Shown one piece after another: positions 11,701 to 21,470 of a DNA stretch of 64,000 bases; position 1 is the stretch's first letter, and each line of letters opens with the position of its first letter. Position numbers and translations under genes: made by a program. The DNA is from a virus (Duplodnaviria > Heunggongvirae > Uroviricota > Caudoviricetes), in IMG/VR virus record IMGVR_UViG_3300035698_035307, positions 87,521-151,520 of that record. One strand, written 5' to 3'. The notes under the pieces are model-generated. The model was not told where the DNA came from. It ran no database searches and saw only the letters and a list, made by a program, of their open reading frames with translations.

Positions 11701-12363
11701 TCTTATTCTTAATACGCTAAAGTTTCCAATATATCTTAACTTTCTTGGTGGAACATCTTGAGTTTCCTCATCAAGAACGAATGATATATTCTGAGCTAGC
11801 ATATCATTAAGGAATGTAGCATATACTATACCGTCTTTTCCTTTATATTTTTCATTAAAATATGAAAGCTTCTTCTCAGTATCAAGTGTTAAAAGATATC
11901 TCTTGGTTATGATTCTTTCTGTGTCTACTGGAATTTGACCTGTAACGTTGATTCCGATATAAAGAAGCGGGTTCATGAACTCTTCAAAAAACCAATTCGA
12001 TTTAGAATTAAATTCTGTCGGTACAGGTACTGCAGTAATAGTATTAGCTGCTGTCTTAAGTTTAGATGTTATCACCTTTCTATAAGTACCATCTGAAAGC
12101 CTAACATTTGTATCTGAATCGCCTGTTCCGGCAAGATTCTGAACGTTAGTATCAATTCTAGCTATCTCATTCTTTAAAAAACCAAAGCTTGGAATTTGAA
12201 TACGTACCAGGTTATTGTTCTGGTCAAACAGGTCTACATCAACTGTTTTCTTATTACTCGTAATTGCTTCATTAAGTTTGTTAAATGTTTCTAAGGCATT
12301 TGTCTCAAGCTTAAGGAACTGAGAAATTAAAGTTGATAATGAATTATTAGTGTTATTACTCAT
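8794..12363 (-). CDS. Large virion structural protein (1189 aa), baseplate or fibre-associated; contains an FN3-like SEWS segment.
   Basis: Long ORF. Contains ...AGFPANSKESEWSDSITVDFP... (FN3/Ig-like signature). Followed by a terminator. Confidence 0.55.
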   Translation of the reverse strand: MSNNTNNSLSTLISQFLKLETNALETFNKLNEAITSNKKTVDVDLFDQNNNLVRIQIPSFGFLKNEIARIDTNVQNLAGTGDSDTNVRLSDGTYRKVITSKLKTAANTITAVPVPTEFNSKSNWFFEEFMNPLLYIGINVTGQIPVDTERIITKRYLLTLDTEKKLSYFNEKYKGKDGIVYATFLNDMLAQNISFVLDEETQDVPPRKLRYIGNFSVLRIRNTATEAIVDGQTVSGRSQIYKLNKLTYTDLQSGFTDSISLKIGDSIIVNNDRKNTRYTVKSVDSTTNEVELVLVEGFDAVNIGSDVIGIYRGQDENIELEIPIGFDEQVAVFIKAVDPISKIPSELWSPGIAFYSNELEILKTDGQVQTLETYYKNEVADIGAILLGLAKDKIPPALYAATPNTPAVKAADFEVVQINKHLTDNDAFKEVQESNDEKNKVTAEIKESDVAIKKKRSVISTKKYDSTIEKQSDAKELESLIERRANSSKLYSSIVNNIVDKAKGNSLTGISAKYRVRGFWPIPEPKASKYTNPQEIVQFVVQYRYLSTTGKPNNTAQINFQDNSDVKRRGTFSNWIELRTKARERVKNEITGQFEWTVQNVENADDVNINQLDIPIKANESVEIRIKALSEAGFPANSKESEWSDSITVDFPDDKTQDNDLETIKEENNVELAKVQLLEELNSKGLDEHLSSSFTANEYYFAHDATKIASGFLSQEQKPINLFDKLVEFENRINYLQEIIDKVTGELVLKILDDTGAETLIENNSSNKFFAGYYVDEVKDRDIKKGSIVTKTYFITIENKVATPLEVISRMPGNRPSKLVSSSTLFGDTIDPSVTSDSYYTTYGRYDRVPMLYTNPNTLNIFTKDSPYQSGQRYGQYLYGRWFNVAGTEEFFLDTDDDYSTVITTMNQAEYSLSVTPYTAAPLSGPDNTSDYIWNGTYNGTKPNVTILGSYIPNTTYNDKILTHWLHPNVNDGLGNYTLTKGAVEFRNAKHAKLINSDVNGKKQCGYFYDPAAQFYNESGLLVTGRTVKTSFQPDDQYLLGGRSCGSYLFIAVQNEDSLSVNGNDALSSIKIAIGQNNAIQIPLVYQYRMSDFAGVGTDGLGFVAGDSTNATKDVTYAKKLGLDLKLIDDSMFKFDIELYAKYRSNNLNIDKIPRRDVRLAVEDLRQTLKGDVVPNITERPTKDVSGIK

Positions 12364-12375
12364 AGTTCTTTATTT

Positions 12376-14469
12376 TTATCTTACTACATCTACATCAAAT
12401 GTATAAGCGGCTTCATCTATACAAACGACTTCAATTATTGGCTTACTGTGAATAAATTCTGGGCCAGTTACGATACCTATTAAAGTACCATATACTCCAT
12501 TACCTAATCTGTTTTGTTTATCAGTGTAGATATAGAATGTCTTTGGTCCAATCACAAATTCAGTATTCCAAATCACTCTCAGTGCTTGGCCTTCTTTAAA
12601 TTTAATGTTGGCATCATCTATGTATAAATATACGTCGCTAAGTGCTGTATTTTCCGTATAAAATCTTATATAGTTTGTAAATTCTTTTAATTCAGCATAT
12701 GTTGGTATATCGACTGTCTGGTTTAAATCTAATAAATTAGATGCATTGACCACTGTCAGAAGATTAATATCTTCATATAACTGACTTAATTTATATTGTT
12801 GTACTGTATTATTTATCTTAATAGAATTTGGCGTAGATTTATCTACTTGAGTTCCACTACCAGATTTTACAACGTCAGTATTGTATTGCAGTTCTAAAGG
12901 TGTGTCACCATTTACAATATCATTAATCCTATCTGAGTTGTTTGCAATTAAGTCTAACAATGTAGTACTGTCTGCTAAAGCAAGTTGTGCATTTTGAATA
13001 TTAGATTCAAGAGCATCTACGCGAGCTTTAAGTTCTGTTACATTTTCATTTGTGAAAACTAAGTTTTCTAAATCAGTAACTCTGTCAATAACATCTAAGA
13101 ATCGAGCTTGAGTTTCTAATAGTACAGAAGCAGCTTCCTGTAATTGAGTCGAAGCATCTATAAACAAGTCCATTGAAAATGTACTATAGTCGTTGATTAT
13201 AGTTTCAATTCCTACGTTATCGATTGATGTATCGAACTTTATATTAAGCTTCAATCCATATGAGTTACCATTTAATTTAGTAATCGTATTCGGTTTAAAT
13301 TTTCTAAGACGTTGTATGTAACTGCCTGTATTAGTAGGAGTTAAGTTATCTAAGAATACTATACCATATAAGTTGGTCGCTCTATCTGTAGGTGTTGATG
13401 CATTGTAAATGTCATAATAAACAAGTATCGCATTGTACTGGAAGTCTTTAGATTTAATACTCCCATTATATTCTAATATGTTTGTTAATTTTGGGTCAGT
13501 TGCTATATCATAATACTCTTCAGCATTATAATCTAAACCAATACCATCTAAACTTGAACGCATATAAGTGATATCAGTAAACGGAGTGATACCTGGGTCT
13601 ACTGCAGCATAATCTGCATAGTACTTTGTTATCTCAGTAGATGATGCATCTTCAAATGTATCAGGTTCTGTGAAATAAGAATTAAGAGCTCCTGTTCCTG
13701 TATTAGCCCAATTTGCATTAGGGTCAGTATAATTAACTGCTCTGTCATAATCATAAAAAGCATTAAGACTTAAACCGTCAGGATGGATAGTTGTACTTTC
13801 TCTACCTTCAATTAGTTCTGTATCGCCTCTTAATGTCATTGACTCATAGTAATTTGCATCAGTAAGTGAATCAAATAAACAAACCGGTGTGTTACCTACT
13901 TTAGTAGGAACGTTTACGTAAATTTCTGTATATGTATGGCCATTTTTCTCAACGTTATTAATTACGTCAATATTTCCCATATATTCTACTACTCTATTAT
14001 ATCTTCTAATACCAGAATCAATTGAATCTTCTTCAACAAATCTTTTACCTGATACTGTAGGACTTTTCTCAGTTGCAGTTGCTTCTCTAAATCTAATAGC
14101 TCCTATTTCTTTAAGCCATTTGAAGAATACTCTTTCCGCTACTGTCTTTCGAACGTTCGGGTCGTAGTCATCATCATTTAATAATAATGTCTCAAAGTTC
14201 ATTGCATAATTCTGTAATGACTCAGCAAGATTGATATTGTCATCAGCATTAAGTTCATTAAAGATTGCACCATCAATTGAATTAAACTGAATGAAGTTTT
14301 CCTTATGAACAGGAACATCTACATCAGGTAAGTTTAGAAGTGCAAATTTTGAAAATTCAAACTTCAGGTCATCATTATTAAATGTTCTCGTTAAATCCTT
14401 AGCTGCTGAGGTGAACGCGTAAAACGTACCACCTTGAGTTAAGGGTGTTCTTATTAATGGTGCTCCCAT
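12376..14469 (-). CDS. Virion structural protein (697 aa).
   Basis: ORF in the structural run, 12 nt spacing from its neighbours. No motif recognised. Confidence 0.5.
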   Translation of the reverse strand: MGAPLIRTPLTQGGTFYAFTSAAKDLTRTFNNDDLKFEFSKFALLNLPDVDVPVHKENFIQFNSIDGAIFNELNADDNINLAESLQNYAMNFETLLLNDDDYDPNVRKTVAERVFFKWLKEIGAIRFREATATEKSPTVSGKRFVEEDSIDSGIRRYNRVVEYMGNIDVINNVEKNGHTYTEIYVNVPTKVGNTPVCLFDSLTDANYYESMTLRGDTELIEGRESTTIHPDGLSLNAFYDYDRAVNYTDPNANWANTGTGALNSYFTEPDTFEDASSTEITKYYADYAAVDPGITPFTDITYMRSSLDGIGLDYNAEEYYDIATDPKLTNILEYNGSIKSKDFQYNAILVYYDIYNASTPTDRATNLYGIVFLDNLTPTNTGSYIQRLRKFKPNTITKLNGNSYGLKLNIKFDTSIDNVGIETIINDYSTFSMDLFIDASTQLQEAASVLLETQARFLDVIDRVTDLENLVFTNENVTELKARVDALESNIQNAQLALADSTTLLDLIANNSDRINDIVNGDTPLELQYNTDVVKSGSGTQVDKSTPNSIKINNTVQQYKLSQLYEDINLLTVVNASNLLDLNQTVDIPTYAELKEFTNYIRFYTENTALSDVYLYIDDANIKFKEGQALRVIWNTEFVIGPKTFYIYTDKQNRLGNGVYGTLIGIVTGPEFIHSKPIIEVVCIDEAAYTFDVDVVR

Positions 14470-14487
14470 AATTATTGTTTAAATTTT

Positions 14488-15114
14488 TTATAATATACTA
14501 AAGTCATTACCACCAATGATATACCACACATAAACTCCTGTACTTTCTTCAATGTACTTGAATTTAACTGTAGAACCTACGTCATTAAGAACAACTTCAT
14601 CAGCTGCTAAGCCTGTATTAGAACCAAAGTTGTATTCAACTCCAATATTAGCTTTGATACCAATTGCTCCAGCGCCAGCCTGTGCACAAACGAATGTTAC
14701 TTCTTGTCCAGGATTTGCTTCATCCATTAGTATTGCTATAGCTGTTGCTGCACCTGTAATTACATAAGTGTCACCAGCTGAAGCTGCATCTAAACTTAAA
14801 GTTGCACTTGCTGTTAATGCAACGGCGTTATTGATTGCAAACTTACCTGTAATAGTAAGTAAACCATCTAAAACAACATCAGTATTAATATCAAATGTAG
14901 TTGCATTGATTTCTAAATAAGGAGCTCCTGTTGGGCCCACTTTAATTGCTGCTGTACCAAGGTCGTTTAAACCATCAATAGTTCCAGCATCAGGGTCTAG
15001 ATATGTTTCAATTGAATTAATCTCATCCTTTAATACATTAAAGTTGTCATTAATTACTAATCTCGATGCAGAGATTGAATCCGTACCTAAAATTTCTGTA
15101 ACTGTTATTGCCAT
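14488..15114 (-). CDS. Small structural protein (208 aa), Ala/Gly/Thr-rich and beta-rich.
   Basis: ORF with low-complexity A/G/T composition, sitting between large baseplate genes. Confidence 0.45.
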   Translation of the reverse strand: MAITVTEILGTDSISASRLVINDNFNVLKDEINSIETYLDPDAGTIDGLNDLGTAAIKVGPTGAPYLEINATTFDINTDVVLDGLLTITGKFAINNAVALTASATLSLDAASAGDTYVITGAATAIAILMDEANPGQEVTFVCAQAGAGAIGIKANIGVEYNFGSNTGLAADEVVLNDVGSTVKFKYIEESTGVYVWYIIGGNDFSIL

Positions 15115-15141
15115 AATATTCTATTTTATTTAATTGTTAAT

Positions 15142-18100
15142 TTATTTTATTACAAGTTGATTCTTAACTACTGTGTTTTTATTACCGTTAGAATCTTCTA
15201 ATTCTAATGAAAGACTATATCGACCTTCACGTTTGAACAGGTAAGTAAACCACCTATCCTCAAAGTATATATCATCAGTTCCTGGGCTATCTAGATTAGT
15301 TAATCTCCATTTTGGCTTATCTTTTCCAGGGATAGCACATTTGTCATAAGCGAACGTAATGTATACTAACTTTGGTAATTCTTTCCAATCATTAATGAAT
15401 CTTATATCATTATAAGTTGGGTTAGCTGTTTCAGACAGCTGTGTGTATCTTAAATCAATATTAGTCGATTGTATGTCTGTCCAGTCTCCATTCTTTCCAA
15501 AGTATTTTGCAACTGCCTGAATGAATACTAGCTCAGTAGGTGGATATGTTAATCCTGTATCATAATCTCTAACTAAATTATAAGTAAATTTGCTTATAAC
15601 TGGGTCAGTACTATTATTAAGATTCTGAGCTACTATTTCCAAATCAGTACTTGTAAAAGTATGAGCTCCATAATCTAGTTGAGGTTTATTTTGCCAGATT
15701 TTAAGTTGACCATTAATGTTAGTAGAATAGATTCTAAAGTTAGCAGGTGTGTCACCAGATACTTTAGTACTTGACCATGTTAAATGATATGCATCATCCC
15801 AATCGCCTGGTGTTATATTGTCCCAGAAGTAAGCTCCGGGTGTATATGCAACTTCTGTTTCTAAATTATCAAAATGATAAGATAATCTATGGTCAGGATT
15901 AGTATTATTAAGAATATAATTAGCTCTGTCAAGTGATTCATATAAACTTGCATGACCTTCACCTGTTTCAGAAACAGGCACAATTGGTAATTCCCAATCT
16001 GAAGCATATTCATTCCACGATACATCTTTATTGAAGTCCCAATAATATCTCAGTTCTCTGAACTTATAAAATCCGGAAAATTCAACATTTTTAGAATCTA
16101 CTGTGATGTAATCTTTCCAATACTTTTCTGAAATATTGTTGAATGTGTCATACAATTTCATTTGTACAGTATATGTACCAACATATGGTAATTCAAGTGG
16201 AAGAGAATTGTAATCGTTTACACTTCCTCTTATTTCGTAATGCCATGCTGGAGTATCATCTGCTTCTTTATCAATGTTCCATTCTATCTCGTAAAAGTTC
16301 CCATTTCCAAAATTATTCCACGTGTATATCTGTGATGTACTTCTATATTGTTTATCAAAATCAGGTGGTCCTAATAGCGTACCTGCTACTGTAGATACCT
16401 GAAATACAAATGCTCTATAGCCTGTAAATACTCTAGTCATTCTAAATGTATCAGTATCTAGTATTTCTCCTTGAAAAAATATCCAAGGTCTACCATCACC
16501 AGTTGCAACTGCAGTATTAAATGCTGCTAATAAACCTGCTACTACATTTGTTGTTGAACTTGATGTTGCAGTGTATTCAATAAATTCACCAGATTCAGTT
16601 TCTGAAATTCTAAAAGTATCTCCAATTGAAACGTTTGCACAGTCAAAGTCTATTGATATAGAACCACTTGATAGTAATTCATCCCATTGAACTTCAGCAT
16701 CATTCCAAGTTGTATCAAAACTTGTGTTTGTAAGGACACATGGGTATCCTGCTGGTATACCAGGCTTATCAGGCAGCTGAGCTACTGTAGTCAAATTTGG
16801 ACTATAGTTTGTAAAGTATGCTAACATTACATCAGCTACATCAGCTATAACCATCCCAGTTTCACCAATAACTCTCATATCATGGTCTAATAAGTATGGC
16901 GTTACTTCCGGGAAGAACATATCTCTCAATGTTCTTAAATCTTGTACGTAACCATATTGGCTTGGTGCAATTGAAAAACTTGGGTGAATACCTGAATCGA
17001 TATTCTCAATTCTCTGTTGGTCATTCCAAACATTCATTTCAGTTTTACCAAAGTAATCAGCTTCACCAACTATATCTATTATTCTTGCATTAAATGGCAA
17101 GTAACTTTTCTTGATTCTTTCTTTTAAGCCATATAATTTAATAAGAACTTCTTCTGTAGTAAATTCGCTTGTCTCCTGTGTTGTAGGTATATCGTATTCA
17201 TCTACATCTCCAGTAAGCTCATTTATATTATACGCTAATTGGAACATTGACGTTTTCTTAAAGACTTTGCTTGGCAAGTTCATATTAGGGTCTTTAAAAT
17301 CAACATCTTGGTCGAACATACTAATTACATCAGTATATTTGTATTTACCGTAGTTAACAGATTCTTGATTAATGTTTAACCAAGCTTCTCTTAATTGGAT
17401 ATTATCGTATCCAAAGAATTTGATGATATTTACTAAACCTTTATAAGCTCCTTTAAATGGGAAGATGTTCTTACCTTCAAGTAGCATCTCTTTACGTTTC
17501 CTATTAATCAACTTGTAATCAATTCCAAATTCATTTATATCGCTTTCTCTGAAGATTGTTTGGTCTTCTGGGAATAATGACATTCCTAAGTTTGAAAGTA
17601 GAACTTTAAATCTTTCGTCTTCAGCTACTGTTTCACCATAGAAAACTATCTCAGCTACTTTAGTTTCAGTATCTGATTCTTCTATAATAAGTTTACGTTC
17701 ATATAAATCTTCTTCATCTGAATTGATGCCAATATTTAACTGAAGTGCTCTTGTTGTAACGTGTTCTGTAGATGTTTTACCATCTGTCATAATAATATCA
17801 CCTACATTATCATCAACTTCAACTTCTAATGTATCAGTTACTACTTCAAGTGTAGGGTGTGTAGATGTTAAATCAAATTGATATAAGAAAATCTTGTCAT
17901 GCACATCTTCTTCCCAGTATACGTTCCATTTATTACCACCTGTTGAAGATGTTTCTTTAGAATGTGGTAAACCGTGTTCTGTTCTATTCTTAACGCTATT
18001 AAAAAATTCTTCAATGATATAAACATTTGAACTCTCATATAACCCTGTAGAAACTTCTGGAATATAAGCAGTGCCTTTCCATATACCATCTTCGGTGTCA

Positions 18101-18159
18101 TAATTAAAGTTTAAATTATCACCGTCATTGTCGAAAAATTGTAAGTATTTATATCCCAT
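15142..18159 (-). CDS. Large baseplate wedge-type protein (1005 aa); the position after a gp6-like gene suggests a T4 gp7-like role.
   Basis: Size and position are analogous to T4 gp7 (about 1030 aa) following gp6. No sequence motif verified; the start overlaps the upstream stop (TAATG). Confidence 0.4.
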   Translation of the reverse strand: MGYKYLQFFDNDGDNLNFNYDTEDGIWKGTAYIPEVSTGLYESSNVYIIEEFFNSVKNRTEHGLPHSKETSSTGGNKWNVYWEEDVHDKIFLYQFDLTSTHPTLEVVTDTLEVEVDDNVGDIIMTDGKTSTEHVTTRALQLNIGINSDEEDLYERKLIIEESDTETKVAEIVFYGETVAEDERFKVLLSNLGMSLFPEDQTIFRESDINEFGIDYKLINRKRKEMLLEGKNIFPFKGAYKGLVNIIKFFGYDNIQLREAWLNINQESVNYGKYKYTDVISMFDQDVDFKDPNMNLPSKVFKKTSMFQLAYNINELTGDVDEYDIPTTQETSEFTTEEVLIKLYGLKERIKKSYLPFNARIIDIVGEADYFGKTEMNVWNDQQRIENIDSGIHPSFSIAPSQYGYVQDLRTLRDMFFPEVTPYLLDHDMRVIGETGMVIADVADVMLAYFTNYSPNLTTVAQLPDKPGIPAGYPCVLTNTSFDTTWNDAEVQWDELLSSGSISIDFDCANVSIGDTFRISETESGEFIEYTATSSSTTNVVAGLLAAFNTAVATGDGRPWIFFQGEILDTDTFRMTRVFTGYRAFVFQVSTVAGTLLGPPDFDKQYRSTSQIYTWNNFGNGNFYEIEWNIDKEADDTPAWHYEIRGSVNDYNSLPLELPYVGTYTVQMKLYDTFNNISEKYWKDYITVDSKNVEFSGFYKFRELRYYWDFNKDVSWNEYASDWELPIVPVSETGEGHASLYESLDRANYILNNTNPDHRLSYHFDNLETEVAYTPGAYFWDNITPGDWDDAYHLTWSSTKVSGDTPANFRIYSTNINGQLKIWQNKPQLDYGAHTFTSTDLEIVAQNLNNSTDPVISKFTYNLVRDYDTGLTYPPTELVFIQAVAKYFGKNGDWTDIQSTNIDLRYTQLSETANPTYNDIRFINDWKELPKLVYITFAYDKCAIPGKDKPKWRLTNLDSPGTDDIYFEDRWFTYLFKREGRYSLSLELEDSNGNKNTVVKNQLVIK

Positions 18160-18431
18160 TAGTTAATGTATTTATAATCTTTGTCAACTGAATATGTCTT
18201 AGAAATTTTGTATGATTTAATACTATCAACCATTTTAACCCAAATATCATTCATGAATCCCATAAAGTCTGTAAGAGTTTGATTTCTAAACATATGGTTA
18301 GACATCGTCTTTTTGAAAATTGTATCTGAGTAATCATAAGCCAGATTCTTTCTATCCTCTCCAGCTGTTCTAGCTATCTTGTATAGACTTTGTCTCTTAT
18401 ACTTATATAACCCTTTGTATAAATCTGACAT
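18159..18431 (-). CDS. Small hypothetical protein (90 aa).
   Basis: ORF translationally coupled on both sides; K/Y-rich. Confidence 0.4.
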   Translation of the reverse strand: MSDLYKGLYKYKRQSLYKIARTAGEDRKNLAYDYSDTIFKKTMSNHMFRNQTLTDFMGFMNDIWVKMVDSIKSYKISKTYSVDKDYKYIN

Positions 18432-18432
18432 C

Positions 18433-20268
18433 TTAAGTTAATTTTTTCTTGTTCGCTGTTTGTATTCTGTTCGAGATTGTCTGTGTGATTTTCTCTTTAA
18501 AATAAACTGTAAGTGATGAAGGTTGTGCTTGCTTTGGTTCTTCGTCATAATAAGTACCATTTCTATCATCCCAACCACCTCTAATTATTGGTAATTCGTT
18601 TTTGCCAATTGTAATATCACCAAATTCGTCTAAACCTAAGTTAGGGTCTTCACCAGTTGCTAAAGTTATCTTAGTTTTTATAATTTCTTTATTGAAAAAT
18701 ACGTAACGTTTCTTATTACCTTCACCTTCTTGTAAGAAGGGTGTAGTAGGTTCTACCTTTGTAGTTTCCTTATAGTAATATCCGTTTCTAATTGCTTCTT
18801 CATTTTCTTCTGAAGTAAAATATACATTTACTGAATCAATACCATCTATTCCTTCAATTATTGCAATCAGGTCAGACTTAGGTATCTTATCTCTTCTATT
18901 AACTGTTAAGAAGTAATCATTTAGTTGTGTTCTTATCTCTTTAGATATAGTTTCAAGTTGGTAGCCATCGAAATATCTAAGTATCACTGTACATGCATAT
19001 TTCTTAATTATTGGGTCAACAATTTCTACTTCACTACTTAAACCTTCTTGGCCACTTTCATTAAGAACAGAATAAACCATTTTCGTTTCATCTGAATCGA
19101 GTGTAAATTCGTCTTGAGGAATTGTGAAGTAATCGTTTCCTGAGGTCAGTTTAGACTTAACGTCAGGCAGTAAGAACAAGTAGACGACATTATCATCATC
19201 TAAATACTCATCGTCATACGTGTTGTATGCTTCTATGTACGAGAGATTATTATATCTGCTTAAGAAGTACTGGTAGTTTTCAGGGGCCACTAAAACGAAT
19301 GATTTACTCGCTAAAGGTGCAATGATTTTAGTGAACTGAGTATTTTCTGCATCTGCTCCAAATTTTGGAGTAGTAACAGCTTCTGTCATCATAAATTCAT
19401 TAAGGTCAACTTCTTCTCCTAGTGAATCTATACCACTATCTAAATATTCGAATGATAAGAAGTCTGAGTCACCAATAATTGTACCAACAGAACCATTTGT
19501 TAAAATATATTCTACTTCAATTATAGCACCGATTCCAGGTACCATACCGAAATAACCATTACCAAAGAATATATCTAAACCACCAGAAAGTCCACTTTTA
19601 ATTAAGCATCCTTTTGTATCGTTCTTCATATCATATAATGAATCATATGTAGTCCATAGTTCGCTATTAACAAATACTTTAACATTATAATGTTCAGGTT
19701 GACCACTGATGTTAATATTGAAACTTTGCATTGATTGACCAGTTCCTATGACTTTCTGTGATTCAATTTCACCTTGAATGATTTGTGCATTTATAAAGTC
19801 TACGCTATTCTTATCAATTTTTATAAAGTCTTGGTTAAATCTTATTAAGTACTTAAGGTTATTGTTCTTACATTTAAGTTTTGTATTATTCTGCAGTAAA
19901 AGATATGAACCAATAAAGTCACTTTCTTTACCAGGTTTGAATTTAAAGCGTACTTCACCTAAAGCTGAAATTGCACGAGTAGGATTATGACCAGCTAAAA
20001 CAGCTAACCCATAAATAGATTCATTTGTAGTTGCTGTAAGTATATTTTGTTCTAAGGTAGCATCTTCTACATAGAACATATTAAATTCAAACAACTCAGC
20101 CATAACTTTCAGTATCTGAGCATACGGTGATGCAACACTGAAAATACTTGATGATTGACTATAAGTTCTACTTAAATAAGTCGTGACATCTTCATATATC
20201 TCATTTGATAATACTCTTACTTTACTTAAAAAGAGTAACGGTCTAGGTTTTTTTAACGTTTCAGCCAT
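18433..20268 (-). CDS. Baseplate J-like protein (P2 gpJ / T4 gp6 family), 611 aa.
   Basis: N-terminal ...SPYAQILKVMAELFEFNMFYVEDATLEQNILTATTNESIYGLAVLAGHNPTRAISALGEV... resembles the Baseplate_J N-terminal region. Sits directly after a gp25/gpW-like gene, the conserved myovirus order. Confidence 0.5.
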   Translation of the reverse strand: MAETLKKPRPLLFLSKVRVLSNEIYEDVTTYLSRTYSQSSSIFSVASPYAQILKVMAELFEFNMFYVEDATLEQNILTATTNESIYGLAVLAGHNPTRAISALGEVRFKFKPGKESDFIGSYLLLQNNTKLKCKNNNLKYLIRFNQDFIKIDKNSVDFINAQIIQGEIESQKVIGTGQSMQSFNINISGQPEHYNVKVFVNSELWTTYDSLYDMKNDTKGCLIKSGLSGGLDIFFGNGYFGMVPGIGAIIEVEYILTNGSVGTIIGDSDFLSFEYLDSGIDSLGEEVDLNEFMMTEAVTTPKFGADAENTQFTKIIAPLASKSFVLVAPENYQYFLSRYNNLSYIEAYNTYDDEYLDDDNVVYLFLLPDVKSKLTSGNDYFTIPQDEFTLDSDETKMVYSVLNESGQEGLSSEVEIVDPIIKKYACTVILRYFDGYQLETISKEIRTQLNDYFLTVNRRDKIPKSDLIAIIEGIDGIDSVNVYFTSEENEEAIRNGYYYKETTKVEPTTPFLQEGEGNKKRYVFFNKEIIKTKITLATGEDPNLGLDEFGDITIGKNELPIIRGGWDDRNGTYYDEEPKQAQPSSLTVYFKEKITQTISNRIQTANKKKLT

Positions 20269-20281
20269 TTTCTATTTTATC

Positions 20282-20638
20282 TTAATTTAATACTACGCCG
20301 AGTGTATACGTATTGTCTATTATGACGTCAACTACAGCTAAGTCTCTTACTTGTCCTTTCATAAATCTGCAAGTTACCGTGAATGGTATTCTTGAAGCTA
20401 ATGGGACATAATGTATAATTTGTTTCTGGATTAGAGATTCTATCTCACCGTTTGTTGCATTAAGTGAGTAGATGACATCTTCAAGATTAGCACCAAACAT
20501 CTTATGTCCAATTACTTCTCTTCTACGTGTAAACATAATCATCTCAATCTCTTGAATGAACTCCATAATTTCGTCATGGACTTCAATTTGTCCAGGGTTA
20601 AAATTAGGGTCGCCAGATGTTCTATTATATATTTCCAT
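20282..20638 (-). CDS. Baseplate wedge protein gp25/gpW-like (118 aa).
   Basis: Size about 120 aa. ...FTRRREVIGHKMFGANLEDVIYSL... parallels the T.xGERxMxPxFGsxL core of GPW/gp25. Located immediately upstream of the gpJ-like gene. Confidence 0.5.
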   Translation of the reverse strand: MEIYNRTSGDPNFNPGQIEVHDEIMEFIQEIEMIMFTRRREVIGHKMFGANLEDVIYSLNATNGEIESLIQKQIIHYVPLASRIPFTVTCRFMKGQVRDLAVVDVIIDNTYTLGVVLN

Positions 20639-20654
20639 GTTTTATTTATTGCTA

Positions 20655-21470
20655 TTATGAGGTGAAGAAAAAGTCTACACCTTCGTCTTCTTTCATTTCT
20701 TCTGCTATTGCAGTTAATTCTTCTTGGCCAGCGTCTCTAATCATGTCACCATTTATAGTAACGTTACCAGGTAATTGATATCCAAACATCATAATTTGTG
20801 TACCTAACTGTACTTTAACTTTTGCAACTACATATCTGTGAAAAATTTCATCAGAATATAGAGCATAATCAGGAATAGTTTCGGAAACTTCTAATACAAC
20901 GCTTTTATCTTTCTTAGGTTTGTCACCTAATACTTTAAGTTTTTGTGAAAGTCTATCGTAATGATATGAAATTGGATTGTTGAAAATCTGTCGAGCTAAA
21001 TCATAATACTTCTGATTCACAACGTAGTACATTAATTCATCACCTTCAATTGAAGCATTAGAATAAACACTACCATAAATCCATTTCTGAACTGAGAAGT
21101 CAGCATCTGAAACACCACTTGAGATATTCATATCGTTTTGTTGTCTCAAACCATAAACTTGGTAAATCCAACCACTACCATCAGGCTGTGCACCAGGTAA
21201 TGAAATAGTTCTTGTCTTCTGAAATTCCTTTGTATTGAAAGCAGCATAAGGTAGAATATAATAGTTTTCTGCAACTGAATACTCGTATTTCTTATAGAAC
21301 CACTTCTTCGCGAGCTTTATAATACGTACTACTTCCTTCTTAGGCAAGTTCATAGGTATCATACATGCACCTGTTATTTCTTGTGCAACGTTTCTAACCA
21401 GCTCATCTAAAGCTTGTCCTGCTGATAAATGCCCAGTGTTTTCTTCTGGTCCTGTTCTAATATCGCTCAT
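20655..21470 (-). CDS. Baseplate-module hypothetical protein (271 aa).
   Basis: ORF overlapping the upstream gene by 14 nt. No motif recognised. Confidence 0.4.
   Translation of the reverse strand: MSDIRTGPEENTGHLSAGQALDELVRNVAQEITGACMIPMNLPKKEVVRIIKLAKKWFYKKYEYSVAENYYILPYAAFNTKEFQKTRTISLPGAQPDGSGWIYQVYGLRQQNDMNISSGVSDADFSVQKWIYGSVYSNASIEGDELMYYVVNQKYYDLARQIFNNPISYHYDRLSQKLKVLGDKPKKDKSVVLEVSETIPDYALYSDEIFHRYVVAKVKVQLGTQIMMFGYQLPGNVTINGDMIRDAGQEELTAIAEEMKEDEGVDFFFTS

Noticed and set aside
17868-18101. 77-aa minus-strand ORF nested in another frame of the 1005-aa gene
   Set aside because: Fully embedded in a much longer ORF. No motif. Typical spurious alternative-frame ORF.
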